A stretch of 64,000 nt of DNA from contig PXUB01000032.1 of assembly GCA_003009755.1 (NCBI GenBank), positions 32,001 through 96,000 on the forward strand, read 5' to 3'. The DNA is from Thermoplasmatales archaeon SW_10_69_26 (GTDB lineage Archaea; Thermoplasmatota; SW-10-69-26). Position 1 is the first letter of the stretch, and each line of letters begins with the position of its first letter. Below, piece by piece: positions 8,485 through 17,220 of this stretch. The notes beneath the pieces were generated by a model, which was not told the origin of the DNA, did no database searches, and saw nothing but the letters and a program-made list of their open reading frames with translations. The position numbers and the translations under genes were made by a program.

Positions 8485-10893
8485 CTAGCGGGCCAAGCGG
8501 ACGCTGTCGCCCTCGCCGATCCGGCGCACATCCTGCTCGAGCCCGATCTCCACCGGATCGCGGCCGGCGGCGTGCGAGGTGACGGCCACCTCGTCCTCCC
8601 GGACGCGTGCCTCCAACAGGTGGCCGCGGTACCGCAGCTCGACGGACACCGACTCCAGCGGGTCGGGGAAGGCGGGGTCGAAGGCGAGCACGTCCTCGGC
8701 GACCGACAGACCGGTGTAGCCGCGCTGCACGAGATCGATCGCGCCCGTCATCGAGCCCAAATGGATGCCCTCGTGCGTGGTGCCACCCTGGATATCCTCC
8801 ACGTCGGCGTCCAGGGCCCGCTGGAACAGCTGCCAGGAGCGGTCCGGGTCCAGCTCGGCCAACGCCCAGGCGTGCAGGAAGTAGCTCAGCGTGGATCCAT
8901 GCGAGGTCCGGTCGATGTAGTACTCCACGTTGCGAGGGATGTGGGCCTCCGGATCGAAGCTGTAGCCCAACCGGTCGAAGATGCCGGCCAACCGGTCGGG
9001 GGAGAACAGGTAGAACAGCATCACCACGTCGGGCTGCTTGGACGCCTTGTAGCGGTTCGCGTCGTCGTCCTCGGCCTCGAGGATGCGGTCCAACCGCTGG
9101 ATATCGTCGTAGCGCTCTTCGTAGCCCTCCCAGTCGAACTCCTCCAACCGGTGGTAGCCCTCGAACTGGCTGACGAGCCCGTCGTCGGCGATCGGGACGA
9201 ACAGGTTGCGGCTCACCTCGTCCCAACGATCGAGCTCGTCGTGCGTGAGCCGCAGCTTCTCCACCAGCTCGGCGCTGCGGTCCTTGGGCAGGATGTCGAG
9301 CACGTCCAGCCCCCGCTCGAGGCACCAGGCGGCCATCACGTTCGTGTACGCGTTGTTGTCCAGGCCCGGCTCGTCGCGCCACGGGTAGCGAGTGTGGTAC
9401 TCGTCGGGGCCGACGACACCGGTGATCTCGTAGGCGCCGCGCTCGTGGTCGTACCCGGCGAAGCTCGCCCAGAACCGAGCGATCGACAACAGCATCTCGG
9501 CGCCGTACAGCGCCAGGAACTCCATGTCGCCGGTCACGTGGTAGTGATGCCAGACGCTGTAGGCGATGGAGGCGTTGATGTGCCGTTGCAAGTGCGTCTC
9601 GTCGGGGATCCAGCGCCCCGAGCGCGGGTTGAGGTGCAGCTGTTGGCTCTCCTCCTCGCCGTTGGAGCCGCTTTGCCAGGGGAACATCGCGCCCTCGTAG
9701 CCCTGCCGGCGGGCGCGGCGCCGAGCCTCGTCGAGGCGGCGGAACCGGTAGCGCAGAAGCGAGCGAGCGATCTGCGGCACGTGGAAGTTCAGCGTCGGGA
9801 ACACGAACATCTCGTCCCAGAAGATGTGGCCGCGGTAGGCCTCGCCGTGCCAGCCGCGCGCCGGCACGCCGACATCGAAGTCGGTCGTGTGGAAGCTGGC
9901 GGTCTGCAGCAGGTGCAAGATGTGCAACCGCAAGGTGCGGGCCACACGGGCCTGCTCCACCGAGCCCGAGACGCCGACCTGCAGCCCGAAGCGACCCCAC
10001 AGGTGCCGCCAGTGCGTCGTGTGCCGGGTGTAGAGGTCCAGGAACCGCGGGGCGCGCGCGAGCTCGCGCTCCACCTCGTAGCCCGGCTCGGACGTCGCAG
10101 GGTCCCGCCCGGTGTACATCGAGCAGATCTTCTCGACGCGCACCGGTCGGCCCTCCCCGACGTGGACCGGGAACCGCTGGCGGACGCGGTCCTCCTCGGT
10201 GTCCGTCTGGCGAGCCGGTTGGATCGGGGATCCGTCGCGGTAGGCCTTCGTGCGAGCGGCTTGGGCCACCCGCACCCGGGAGCGATCGGTGTGGGTGAGA
10301 AGCCGCATCGTTTCGGCGTCCGCCATGTCGGTCCCGATCGGGTCCAGGTGCTGGCTCTCGAGATCCTGGTAGCGTTCGACGTTGGCGTTCTCGACCGTGC
10401 CGTCGATGGCGGTCTCGACCTGGATCTGGCCCGACCAGTCGAGCGGTTCGACGACCATCTGCTGCGCGGCGCGGTGGGGGTTGGCCATGCTGACGATGCG
10501 CCGGTTGACGAGCTTCGTCGTCCGGTCCTGGTCGTCGCGGAAGCGCACGCGGCGCGTCAGCATCGCGGTCTCGAGGTCGAGCACCTTCTCGTAGTCGAGG
10601 ACGTCGACCTCCTCGAGCCGGAACCAGGGGCCCCCGGCGGCGCGGAACGTGATCGGCAGCCAGTTCGGCATGTTGACGAGATCCTCGTTCTGGATCTCCT
10701 GGTCGAGCTTGACCGACGTCTGCCGGTCGTAGCCGCCGGCGAGGTACGTGCCCGGGTAGTGGACGTCGTCGGCGCTGGCCTCCGGCTCGGCACCGCGCGT
10801 GCACACGTAGCCGTTGCCGAGCGTCGTGAGCGCCTCGCGCAGCGGTTGCTCGTCGGGCGAGAACCCGCGGTAGCCGAACGTCCACCCGTTCAC
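8485..10893 (-). CDS. Glycoside hydrolase family 65 (trehalose/kojibiose phosphorylase-like)
   Basis: LTTLGNGY, ARGWHGEAYRGHIFWDE, GPDEYH, KQPDV, HGSTLS, EGIHLG; GTG start 10893 overlaps the upstream stop. Confidence 0.92.
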   Translation of the reverse strand: MNGWTFGYRGFSPDEQPLREALTTLGNGYVCTRGAEPEASADDVHYPGTYLAGGYDRQTSVKLDQEIQNEDLVNMPNWLPITFRAAGGPWFRLEEVDVLDYEKVLDLETAMLTRRVRFRDDQDRTTKLVNRRIVSMANPHRAAQQMVVEPLDWSGQIQVETAIDGTVENANVERYQDLESQHLDPIGTDMADAETMRLLTHTDRSRVRVAQAARTKAYRDGSPIQPARQTDTEEDRVRQRFPVHVGEGRPVRVEKICSMYTGRDPATSEPGYEVERELARAPRFLDLYTRHTTHWRHLWGRFGLQVGVSGSVEQARVARTLRLHILHLLQTASFHTTDFDVGVPARGWHGEAYRGHIFWDEMFVFPTLNFHVPQIARSLLRYRFRRLDEARRRARRQGYEGAMFPWQSGSNGEEESQQLHLNPRSGRWIPDETHLQRHINASIAYSVWHHYHVTGDMEFLALYGAEMLLSIARFWASFAGYDHERGAYEITGVVGPDEYHTRYPWRDEPGLDNNAYTNVMAAWCLERGLDVLDILPKDRSAELVEKLRLTHDELDRWDEVSRNLFVPIADDGLVSQFEGYHRLEEFDWEGYEERYDDIQRLDRILEAEDDDANRYKASKQPDVVMLFYLFSPDRLAGIFDRLGYSFDPEAHIPRNVEYYIDRTSHGSTLSYFLHAWALAELDPDRSWQLFQRALDADVEDIQGGTTHEGIHLGSMTGAIDLVQRGYTGLSVAEDVLAFDPAFPDPLESVSVELRYRGHLLEARVREDEVAVTSHAAGRDPVEIGLEQDVRRIGEGDSVRLAR

Positions 10894-12440
10894 GAGGGGC
10901 CCTCCAGCGTCCCCGCGATCGCGTCGAGGAAGGCCCGCACCGCCTCGGGGCCGGCCAAGCCGTAGTCCGCGAACGTCGGGCGGCCCTCGCCGCTCACGAG
11001 CACGCCGATCCCCTGCGGGAGCGCGTGGAAGGCGTCCTCGTCGGTGACGTCGTCGCCGACGTACACGACCGGCGTGTGGCGAGGATCGACGTCGAGCTGG
11101 TCGAGCAGGTGCTCGACGGCGCGGCCCTTGTCCCAGTCGACGTCCGGGCGCAGCTCGCGGACCCGCTTGCCGGGCGCGATCCGCAGCTCGGGGCTCTCGC
11201 CGGCCACGGCTTCCACGGTGCCACGCACGCGCTCGACCTGCCCGTCGGGGACCTGGCGATCGTGCACCGCCAGGGAGAACGGCTTGGGTTCGAGCACGAG
11301 CCCGTCCACGTCGCCCAGCTCGTCCTCGATCCGTTCCCGGGCGGCCTCGAGCGCGGGGACGAGGTCCTCGGCGACCCCGTGACGGGTGCGCTCGCCGCCG
11401 GGTTCGCGGATCTCCAGCCCGTGGCTGCCGGCGTAGATCAGCTCGTCGAGCCCGACGCGCTCGCGGACGTCGTCCAGCCCGCGCCCGCTGACGACCGCCA
11501 CCGGGCACCGCTCGGCCAGGCGAGCCACCGCCGCCCGCATCTCGTCGGAGATCGCGGCCCGATCCGGGTGCTCCACGATCGGCGACAGCGTTCCGTCGAA
11601 GTCGAGGAACACGACCGGGCGGTGCCGATCGACGCGCTCGAGGATCTCGTCCGCCGCGAGCGCGTCCGGCCGATCGGCGGGATCGCGGACGGGCACGTCG
11701 ATCTCGTCGAGGCTCGCGACGACGCGATCGGCCCCGCTGTCGGCCAGCGCCTGGGCGTGCCCGACCCGGTCGACACCGACGACGAGGCCGAACCCGCCGC
11801 GCCGGGCGGCCTCGACACCGGCCGCCGAGTCCTCCAGCACGAGGCAGCGCTCGGGCGCCGCCACCATGCGGCGGGCCGTCTCCAACAGCGTCTGGGGCGA
11901 GGGCTTGCCGGCCAGCCCCTCGTCGGCGGCCACGATCCCTCCGACGACGACGTCGAACCGCTCGCCCAGGCCCGCCGCGGCCAGGACCCGGCGAGCGTTG
12001 CGGCTGGCCGAGAACAGCCCCGCCGGGATCTCGGCCTCCGCCAGGTCGTCGAGCAGGGCCGTGGCGTCCTCGTGGACGGTGACGCCCTCCTCGTCGAGCA
12101 GCTCGTGGAAGCGCTCGTTCTTCGCCTCCGCGATCGCTTCCACCGAAGCCAGCCCCGGCTCGTCGGCCGTCTCCGGCAGCTGGATCCCCCGAGACGCCAG
12201 GAAGTGACGGATGCCACGTCGGCGGGGTTTGCCGTCGACGTGCTCGGGGTAGTCCTCCTCGGTGTCGAAGGGCGCCAGGTCCTCGCCCTCCCGCGCGGCC
12301 CGCTCCTCGAGCACCCGATCGAAGATCTCCTTCCAGGCGAACGCGTGCAGCCGGGCCGTCTGGGTGATCACGCCGTCGAGATCGAACAGGACAGCGTCCG
12401 TCGACGCCGGGTCGACCGCGATCCTCGTATCCCGCGACAC
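10890..12440 (-). CDS. otsB: Fusion of a beta-PGM-like HAD hydrolase and trehalose-6-phosphate phosphatase
   Basis: FDLDGVIT...GKPSP...EDS (HAD 1); FLDFDGTLSPIV, YAGSHG, WDKG, YVGDDVTDEDAF (TPP). Confidence 0.9.
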   Translation of the reverse strand: MSRDTRIAVDPASTDAVLFDLDGVITQTARLHAFAWKEIFDRVLEERAAREGEDLAPFDTEEDYPEHVDGKPRRRGIRHFLASRGIQLPETADEPGLASVEAIAEAKNERFHELLDEEGVTVHEDATALLDDLAEAEIPAGLFSASRNARRVLAAAGLGERFDVVVGGIVAADEGLAGKPSPQTLLETARRMVAAPERCLVLEDSAAGVEAARRGGFGLVVGVDRVGHAQALADSGADRVVASLDEIDVPVRDPADRPDALAADEILERVDRHRPVVFLDFDGTLSPIVEHPDRAAISDEMRAAVARLAERCPVAVVSGRGLDDVRERVGLDELIYAGSHGLEIREPGGERTRHGVAEDLVPALEAARERIEDELGDVDGLVLEPKPFSLAVHDRQVPDGQVERVRGTVEAVAGESPELRIAPGKRVRELRPDVDWDKGRAVEHLLDQLDVDPRHTPVVYVGDDVTDEDAFHALPQGIGVLVSGEGRPTFADYGLAGPEAVRAFLDAIAGTLEGPS

Positions 12441-12482
12441 GATCCCCCGTTGCCCTCGGGGGCACTATGGGCTGACCCCCGT

Positions 12483-12496
12483 TCCCAGTCCTGGGA
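12483..12496. promoter_or_regulatory. Palindromic candidate operator TCCCAGTCCTGGGA in the divergent otsB/wHTH promoter
   Basis: Perfect TCCCA-N4-TGGGA, 43 nt upstream of the otsB start. Confidence 0.55.
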
Positions 12497-12596
12497 CTCG
12501 CCGAGCCCGGCGTCCGTTTCCCCTCCGAAACCGTCGCTTGGCCCCACCAGGCGGGCCTTCGCGACCCCCAAGGGCCGGAGCCAGCCATCCGGGGAC

Positions 12597-12932
12597 GTGT
12601 TCCTCGAGCCGGAGGATCCCGGGGTCGACGAGGAGGCCGTTGGCTCGGCGGTGGCCAACCCCTGCGATCGCCAGATCCTGGCCCTCGCCCAGCGGGGCCC
12701 GGTCGCGGCGAAGACGATCCTCGAACGGACCAGCATCCCGAAGAGCACCCTGTACCGCCGCATCGACCGGCTGCAGGAGCAAGGCCTCCTGGAGGTCGTC
12801 TCCTCCACGATCGAGGACGGCCACCGGATCGACCGGTACCGGTGCCCACTGCAAGGGATCGGCATCCGCATCGAGGACGGGGAGATCCACCTCGAGTGGT
12901 CGGCCCGCCGACCCCAAGCCGAGGACGCTTGA
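12597..12932 (+). CDS. Winged helix-turn-helix transcription regulator (archaeal ArsR-like)
   Basis: C-terminal part of ORF 11025..12932: DRQILALAQRGPVAAKTILERTSIPKSTLYRRIDRLQEQGLL; GTG start inferred. Confidence 0.8.
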   Translation: MFLEPEDPGVDEEAVGSAVANPCDRQILALAQRGPVAAKTILERTSIPKSTLYRRIDRLQEQGLLEVVSSTIEDGHRIDRYRCPLQGIGIRIEDGEIHLEWSARRPQAEDA

Positions 12933-12986
12933 CCAGATGTTCGGCCGACGCAGCCGTTTTCGAGCCTCACCGTCAACGCGGGTACG

Positions 12987-13403
12987 ATGAGCGTCCAGGA
13001 CATCGCCCGAGATCGCGTGGTGACGGCCGACCCCCACACGGCCGCCGAGCAGGTCGCCCGACAGCTCAAGGAGGCCAACGTGGGCTGCGTCGTCGTGACC
13101 GAGGACGGCCAGCCGAGCGGGCTCGTCACCGACCGGGACCTGGTGACGCGGGTCGTGGCCAACCTCGGCGCCGCCAGCGGCCTCACCGCCGGCGACATCA
13201 TGACGCCCGAGGTCGCCACGATCGAGGCCGACCAGGGCATCTTCGAGCTGACCGAGCTGATGCGGCGGCAGGGGATCCGCCGCGTCCCCGTCGTCGACGG
13301 CGGCGACCTCGACGGGATCGTCACCTTGGACGACGTCCACCGGCTGTTGACGACCGAGCTCTCGAACCTCGCCCATGTCATCGAGAAGGAGTCGCCCGCG
13401 TAG
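12987..13403 (+). CDS. Tandem CBS-domain protein (Hrp1/Rv2626c-like)
   Basis: VGCVVV..GLVTDRDLV, IMTPEV, IRRVPVV..GIVTLDD. Confidence 0.9.
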   Translation: MSVQDIARDRVVTADPHTAAEQVARQLKEANVGCVVVTEDGQPSGLVTDRDLVTRVVANLGAASGLTAGDIMTPEVATIEADQGIFELTELMRRQGIRRVPVVDGGDLDGIVTLDDVHRLLTTELSNLAHVIEKESPA

Positions 13404-13404
13404 G

Positions 13405-14337
13405 ATGATCGAGCGAATCCTCGTCGGGACGGAGGGAAGCCAAGCCGCCGACAACGCCGTCTCGACCGCGCTCCGGCTCGCCCGCGCCGCCGACGCCGAG
13501 ATCCGGGCCGTGCACGCCCGCGAGACCCCGGAGGGTGCTCGACGCCGGTCCGCCGCCGGCCGACAGGTCGCCCACCAGCGCGAACGCGCCGGCGAGCGGG
13601 TGCTCGAAGCGGTCACCGAGCGCGCCGGCAAGGTCGACGTGCCCGCCACGACCGTCATCGACGACCGACCGCCGGCCGAGCTGTTGCTCGCGCAGGCCCG
13701 CGAGTGGGGTGCCGACCTGCTCGCGATCGGGGCCCAAGGCGAAAGCGGGTTCGAGCGAGCGATCCGCGGCAGCGTGGCCGACCAGCTGATCCGCGGCTCG
13801 CCGGTGCCCGTCCTCACCGTGCACCAACCGCCCTCGACCGACCCGCTGGACCCGATCGAGCGCCTGGTGGTGCCCTCGGACGGCAGCTCGGCCGCCCTCA
13901 GCGCAGCGCCGGTCGCCCGCGCCCTCGCCCGAGCCACCGGGGCCCGCCTCGACCTGGTGTTCGCTGTCCCGCCCCGGATCGAAGGCGGCGAGCTGCTGGG
14001 CCCGACCGACGACATCGAGCAGGCCGCCGCCACGCTCGCCGACGACGCCCTGGCCCCCCTCGAACGACGCTACCGGGGGACCGAGATCGAACGCGAGCGC
14101 CGTGTCCGCCACGACGCCCCCCACCGGGCGATCGTCCACCACGCCGACGAGAGGGACGCCGACATGATCGTCATGTCCACCCGCGGCCACGGATCGCTGG
14201 AACGAGTCCTCTTGGGTAGCGTCGTGGACAAGGTGCTTCGAACCTCGAACGTCCCCGTCGTCACGGTCAACCCCCCCGGCGAGGACGACCGCGTCGCCAG
14301 CCCGGAGGGCCAAGGGCCACAGGGAGCGCGGACCTAG
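13405..14337 (+). CDS. Universal stress protein (two USP domains)
   Basis: ILVGTEGS / VVPSDGS, GSVADQLIR, MSTRGHGSLERVLLGSVVDKVLR. Confidence 0.9.
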   Translation: MIERILVGTEGSQAADNAVSTALRLARAADAEIRAVHARETPEGARRRSAAGRQVAHQRERAGERVLEAVTERAGKVDVPATTVIDDRPPAELLLAQAREWGADLLAIGAQGESGFERAIRGSVADQLIRGSPVPVLTVHQPPSTDPLDPIERLVVPSDGSSAALSAAPVARALARATGARLDLVFAVPPRIEGGELLGPTDDIEQAAATLADDALAPLERRYRGTEIERERRVRHDAPHRAIVHHADERDADMIVMSTRGHGSLERVLLGSVVDKVLRTSNVPVVTVNPPGEDDRVASPEGQGPQGART

Positions 14338-14361
14338 CCTGCCGGACTCGATGTGCCTAAC
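14335..14361 (+). mobile_element. Isolated IS630-like terminal inverted repeat relic
   Basis: TAGCCTGCCGGACTCGATGTGCCTAAC matches the IS630 left end at 57545 at 22/27 positions. Confidence 0.55.
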
Positions 14362-14509
14362 ATCTCGCGGCGGTCTCGGGAGACCGGCCACGGTCTTCCG
14401 AGAGTACGGGCGCAAGCCCGTGCGAATGAGCGAGTCAAGGTCACGGAGGCCGAAGCAGGAAACCCCCTGCGGGGTTTCGATGCAGGCCGACGATGAGATG
14501 GGGCGCTGA

Positions 14510-15217
14510 GGCCGCCGGGTCCTCTCCGACCTCGCCGCGGAAGCCGACGGGTACGGGGTCCCGATCGAGACGACGCTCGCGGAGGGCCAACCCGCCGACG
14601 TGCTGCTCGACGAGGCCGGGGACTGGCCAGCCGACCTGCTCGCTGTCGGGACCGAAGGCCAGGGGGCGCTAGCGCGGGCGATCGTGGGGAGCGTGGCCGA
14701 CCAGGTCGTCCGCTCGGCCCCTCGACCCGTGCTGACCGTGCGCGGGGACCCCGCCACGCCCTCCACGGCCCCGATCGAACGGGTGGTGGTCCCGACGGAC
14801 GGCAGCGCGGCCTCGCGAGCGGCCGCACCGTTCGCGATCGACCTGGCTGCCTCCACCGGCGCCCGGGTCGATCTCCTCCACGCGATCCCACCCCAGCTCG
14901 AGGACGCCGCTCGCGTGGATCGGCCGGCCGCCCAGACCCGACAGATCCGCGAAGAGGTGGTCGAGGCGGCCCTGACCCCGCTCGTCGAGGATTGCCGGCA
15001 GGCGGGCGTCGACCACGAGCGCGTCGTCCGCCGGGCGCGAGCGCGGGAAGCCATTGCGGACTACGCCGACGAGACGGATGTCGACGTGATCGTGATGGCG
15101 ACCCACGGGCGATCCGGCGTCGAGCGGTTCCTGCTCGGCAGCGTGACCGACAAGGTCATCCGATCGACCGACACGCCGGTCGTGACGATCCGCCCCGGCG
15201 ACGCCGCGTGGGCGTGA
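14510..15217 (+). pseudogene. 5'-truncated tandem universal stress protein
   Basis: USP homology begins right after an in-frame TGA (14507-14509); the N-terminal strand of the first domain is missing; second domain intact (VVVPTDGS, MATHGRSG..LGSVTDKVIR). Confidence 0.7.
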
Positions 15218-15232
15218 GGGTCCCGCCGACCG

Positions 15233-15643
15233 TCACCCGCGCTCGAGGGCCTCGGCCGCCTTGTTCGGGTTCTCGACGGCGAACACGCAGCGAAGGGACT
15301 CCTCCTCGCCGTCCATGGCGACGAAGCTGGCTTCGATGTTGATGCCGGCCTGCCCCAGTTCGCTGGACAACCGGCCCAGCTGACCCGGCAGGTTCGGTAC
15401 CGTGACGACGATCGCTTCCCGCGTCTCCGGCGCGAACCCGTCCTCCTCGAGCACGACCGCGGCCTCGTCGGCGTCGTCGGTGACGAGGTGGACCGTTCCC
15501 GGCTCGGTGCCGCGCGCCACCGCGGCGAACCCGAGGATGTCGATGTCCTCCTTGCCGAGCAGCTGGGCCAGGTTCCCCAACGTGCCCGGGCGGTTGGGGA
15601 TCTCGACGACGAACTCCTTGGTCAACCCCACCTTCCTTGTCAT
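15233..15643 (-). CDS. Tandem ACT-domain protein
   Basis: IPNRPGTLGNLAQLLG..DI and VPNLPGQLGRLS..GINI repeats. Confidence 0.85.
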   Translation of the reverse strand: MTRKVGLTKEFVVEIPNRPGTLGNLAQLLGKEDIDILGFAAVARGTEPGTVHLVTDDADEAAVVLEEDGFAPETREAIVVTVPNLPGQLGRLSSELGQAGINIEASFVAMDGEEESLRCVFAVENPNKAAEALERG

Positions 15644-16031
15644 GTCATCCCACTGTGGAGGTCCACGCGTATCAAGCTTCGCCCCGGGCGAGGCCCGGCT
15701 GTCTCGTTAAGCAGGGGCCGCGAAGGACACGAAGGATCGCCACGGCCACGAACCTGTGACTCGCCGCCGGGCGGCTTTGGCACGGCAGCTGCTCGCCTTT
15801 GTGCCCTGGCGTCCCGTCGCGTACTTGGTGGCCCCCCGTTTCTCCCTTACAGCGCGGGGCGAGGCCCTGCTCGCGAGCTCTCCCGGCGGTGTCGGGCCGC
15901 ACATGTGAGCCCGAGGCTCCGGCGTGGCCCCCGGGCGAGGCACCGATGGGTGTATCCGGGAGGAGGTGGTGGCGAGGGTCGTGTCTGGCGACCGAACCGG
16001 TGCGCTGCGCGAGGAAGCCAGCTCCTGGGCC

Positions 16032-16877
16032 ATGGACTACGTCCAACGCTCGGAGGATCTGTTCGAGCCGGCCGACGCCGACGAGGTCCGCATCGACCTC
16101 GTCACCGACCCCTGGTCGGTGTGGTGTTGGGGCCTGGAACCCGTCGCCCTCGCGATCGAGCACCGGTTCCCCGCGATCACCCTCCGCCCGGTCGTGGGCG
16201 GCATGTTCGAACGCCTGCCCCACCACGACCACCCCGAGTTCAACCTCTCTCGCTTCCTCGCCCGCGTCCAACGCATCACCGGCATGCCCGTCGCCACCGC
16301 CGCCTTCGGCGACGGCGGCCCCGAGAGCACCTACCCGGCCTGCGTCCACGCCCACGCCATGCGGCTGCTGGACGCCGACCGGGCCCTGCTGGGCCTCCGC
16401 AAGCTCCGGGAGACGGCCTGGCTCGACGGCCGCGACATCTCGGACGTCGACGTCGCCACCGGGGCCGCCCGCTCGGCCGGCTACGACCCCGAGGAGTTCC
16501 GGTCGGCCGTCGCCTCCGGCGAACCCGAGCGCGAGTTCCGCCAGCGCCTGAGCGCGCTCGAGCGCCGCGAGCTCTCCGCCTACCCGACGATCGTCGTCCG
16601 CGCCGGCGACACGACCCGCCGCCTGGAAGGCTTCGTGCCGCTGCCGGGCCTGATCGAGGTCGTCGAACAGCTCACCGGCCAGACCCACGTCCAAGCGCCC
16701 GCCCCCGACCCCGCCGAGGTCCTCGAGCCGGGGCATCGGATCGCCACGCGCGAGATCGCCGAGGTCTGCGAGCTGTCGATCGAGGCCGCCGCCGACGAGC
16801 TGGCAGAGCTGGAAGCCGAGGACGGGGTCGAGCGCGAGCGCCACGCGACCGGGGACGTGTGGACGGTGCAGGGCTGA
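16032..16877 (+). CDS. DsbA/FrnE-like thioredoxin-fold protein with SxxC motif
   Basis: TDPWSVWCWG, STYPAC, cis-Pro AYPT; C-terminal wHTH-like tail; start moved to ATG 16032. Confidence 0.75.
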   Translation: MDYVQRSEDLFEPADADEVRIDLVTDPWSVWCWGLEPVALAIEHRFPAITLRPVVGGMFERLPHHDHPEFNLSRFLARVQRITGMPVATAAFGDGGPESTYPACVHAHAMRLLDADRALLGLRKLRETAWLDGRDISDVDVATGAARSAGYDPEEFRSAVASGEPEREFRQRLSALERRELSAYPTIVVRAGDTTRRLEGFVPLPGLIEVVEQLTGQTHVQAPAPDPAEVLEPGHRIATREIAEVCELSIEAAADELAELEAEDGVERERHATGDVWTVQG

Positions 16878-17220
16878 GCTCGGGCCTGAGGCCTCGACCG
16901 CCGAGGGCCGAGCCCCGTCTTCGGCGGGCTCTCGCTCGCGGTTCGCTGTCCCCCGTGGGCGGCGAGCCGTCGTTCGTGTTCCGGCCGGGGTTGTCATCTA
17001 GGGGATCGACGTTCGCGACCAACGCGTGATCGCGGCCATCCTGCTCGTAGTCACCCTCTTCGGGCTCGTCGCCTGTGCGCTGGTCTGGCTGGTCTCCTCC
17101 GCCGGCCACTGCCAGGCCCCCCGGCGAGGATGGAGGGCCTGCCCGCTCCACCTCGTGACCTGTCTGCGGGGAGGGACGGACGGAGGCTTCGAGCCCGAGA
17201 TGAAGTGGCCGTCTCCCGTA

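Noticed and set aside
8485-12849. Single 1454-aa protein or programmed frameshift fusing OtsB and GH65
   Set aside because: The upstream part of that frame is R/G-rich nonsense; the 4-nt stop/start overlap indicates ordinary translational coupling; no slippery site seen
14426-14509. Selenocysteine or stop readthrough at the in-frame TGA before USP2
   Set aside because: The upstream in-frame peptide has no USP similarity and lies in IS-associated sequence; truncation is simpler
17026-17220. Small membrane-protein gene interrupted by IS1595
   Set aside because: Only one hydrophobic stretch, atypical composition and no recognisable family; insufficient support
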